DNA of 64,000 nucleotides from Sphagnum compactum. Lineage: Eukaryota. Below are positions 62,201-64,000 of the stretch, in pieces. The notes under the pieces are model-generated. The model did not search any database, was not told the origin of the DNA, and saw only the letters and a list, made by a program, of their open reading frames with translations. Made by a program: the position numbers and the translations under genes. Each line of letters begins with the position of its first letter. Within the stretch, counting starts at the first letter, position 1. The DNA lies in assembly GCA_965153455.1 (NCBI GenBank), contig OZ234493.1:12204213-12268212 (forward strand). Direction: 5' to 3'.

Positions 62201-63169
62201 TTCCAATTATTGGATTTTAATAATAGAGTATGCAACACATTATTTGTGTGTTTACCAAATCAACTTCTACATTGTCATTTACACAATAAAAACTCCAACA
62301 TAAAAAAGTTCTACCATGTGGTTTCCATATTTTCCTTTGAGCATGTAATATTTCAAGTTCCCCTTCATTATTTTTCACTACCATTTTCTAGATTCCTACT
62401 TGTTTCTATTTGGACACTTAGATTTTCCTCAAACCCATCTTCCAAAACTACATCATTCACACATATTTCAATTGTTTCATTGTTCCCATTTATCATATTT
62501 TCATTTGCAAAAGATTGTTCCATTGGCAGTTTTCACAAGACTATGTCCAAAGATAATGTAGAAAACAACTATTCTTCAACAGACTATGCAAAAATTATAA
62601 TCAAAATTATAATCAAAAGAAAGAAAAGAAAGAAAGTAAAAAAAAAAAAAACATTTACAAGAAAATGGGTTTAAAGGTTTAGAAAAGACATTTACGAAGA
62701 ATGGGGTTTAAGGTTTAGAAAAATTATCAGAAAATCAATCATTTTTCTCTTTCATCTCATCATGGAAAAATTCATCATGGATAGATATAAGGGTTTTAGA
62801 TTTAAATCAAAGGTTCGAATTTTAATCTTGCACACAAACAAACAAAACAACATATTAAAACTCACAAACTACACTAAAACAAAATGTATTCAACCCAAAA
62901 AAAATGACAAACAAAAACAGAACAAACAAACAAAATACAAAGTAAAGAAAAAAAACTCAAGACATCTAGGGAAAAAACAACCTATGTTGTTGGATGAAGC
63001 TTCTTGTTGTTGCTCAGAGCTCCTCCACCTACATAAGAGAATGGGGAGGGAGTACCAATTGATAAGCTGAAGCAGCAAGGCATGACAACGAATAGCAAAA
63101 CAATGAAACAACAATGGGGGGCGAGGGGCATTAGGCATCTAAAAATGGTGAGTAGTAAGGCACGATGAA

Positions 63170-63380
63170 TAGCAAGGCCTAACAACTAGCAAGGCAAAGT
63201 AGCAAGGCGTGATGCTAGGGCAACAAGGCGTGAATAGTCGGGCACGACAATGAAATCAACAAGGCACAAACAACAAGGCAACGAAAGCAACTAGGCAATG
63301 AAAGTAGCAAGGTGCAAGTAACAAAGCAACAAGGCATAAAAGCAAGAACAACAAGGCATAATAACAAGAGCAACAAGACA
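63170..63380 (+). repeat. Degenerate short tandem repeat (GCAA(C)AAGGC-like)
   Basis: Recurring AGCAAGGC/CAACAAGGC units. Confidence 0.55.
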
Positions 63381-64000
63381 GTGGCCTTTCGAATATGGTG
63401 TATGAGCTTTTATGAGATTATTTTGTCCTAGATGATTTTGCATCTGGATTGGGTGGTGCTATAGGTGGATGTTTGTAATGCCTTCAATTCAATGTCATGT
63501 CAGCCATTTTTCAGGAGTTATGATCTTCACTTGGTTCTTTGGATCAAATTTTTCCATTTGTTTGACAATTCTATTCATACCCATTTCCATTGTATTTTTC
63601 TCAAGTTTTTTGACATGGGGATTTCATAATCATTTCATTGCAATTAGGTACATGATAGGGCGACCCATTGGGAGTTTGCTCAAGCCCACTTTCGCATTTT
63701 TTGCCCTACAACAGTGGCCCATTGTATTTGTGTTTTCCATTCGTTGGTGGATGATACACATATAATATGTCTTACATCAAATGTGGTTCTTGTTTTTTTA
63801 TGATTATAACATGAGTTTTCAGCATGAGGGTTTCAACAAAGTGTGTAATTTGGTCTCCACAGGGGTTGGACCACTTTATATCACTTATTTTTAACTTTTT
63901 TATTCTTGACTCGGGCTTTTGTATTTTGGGCACACCAATGGGATTTAGATCATTCGTTGAATTGTTTGTGGTTGAGGCTCTTTATAGTGTTTCCATTTCC

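Noticed and set aside
1-64000. Functional cluster linking RPS6, RPL15, the DHH nuclease and ZFC3H1 (RNA metabolism theme)
   Set aside because: The genes are separated by large TE blocks, RPL15 is a dead fragment, and housekeeping co-occurrence is expected by chance.

Overview
Eukaryotic nuclear DNA from a land plant. Spliceosomal GT-AG introns, telo-boxes, a PPR-DYW relic and the repeat landscape suggest a moss (Sphagnum-like; this is inference). Four intact multi-exon genes could be spliced by hand into uninterrupted ORFs: a NIPA-family Mg2+ transporter (1283-3947 +), a DHH/DHHA1 phosphoesterase (5454-8303 +), 40S ribosomal protein S6 (35844-38287 -) and a large ZFC3H1/Red1-like zinc-finger/HAT-repeat protein (47616-57604 +). 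Between them lie AT-rich transposon graveyards: Helitron Rep, Ty3/Gypsy gag, PIF/Harbinger and hAT transposase relics, non-autonomous CACTA elements and MITEs. A small island carries captured or decayed gene pieces (RPL15 and PPR-DYW pseudogenes, an orphan ORF). The most notable observations are: (1) a ~130-bp-stem near-perfect hairpin at 9637-9951 that looks like an unannotated long-hairpin/MIRNA locus; (2) a 3-kb satellite built from 5-mer modules with nested 65/98/~298-bp higher-order repeats, expanded inside a 5-kb CACTA element that splits a gag gene with a clean 3-bp TSD, beside a sister copy with only a ~250-bp seed of the same repeat; (3) G-rich splice acceptors without a polypyrimidine tract; (4) a uORF chain and G-quadruplex tracts in 5' leaders. 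No prokaryotic system or CRISPR array is present. All calls come from reading and translating by eye; no database searches were run.
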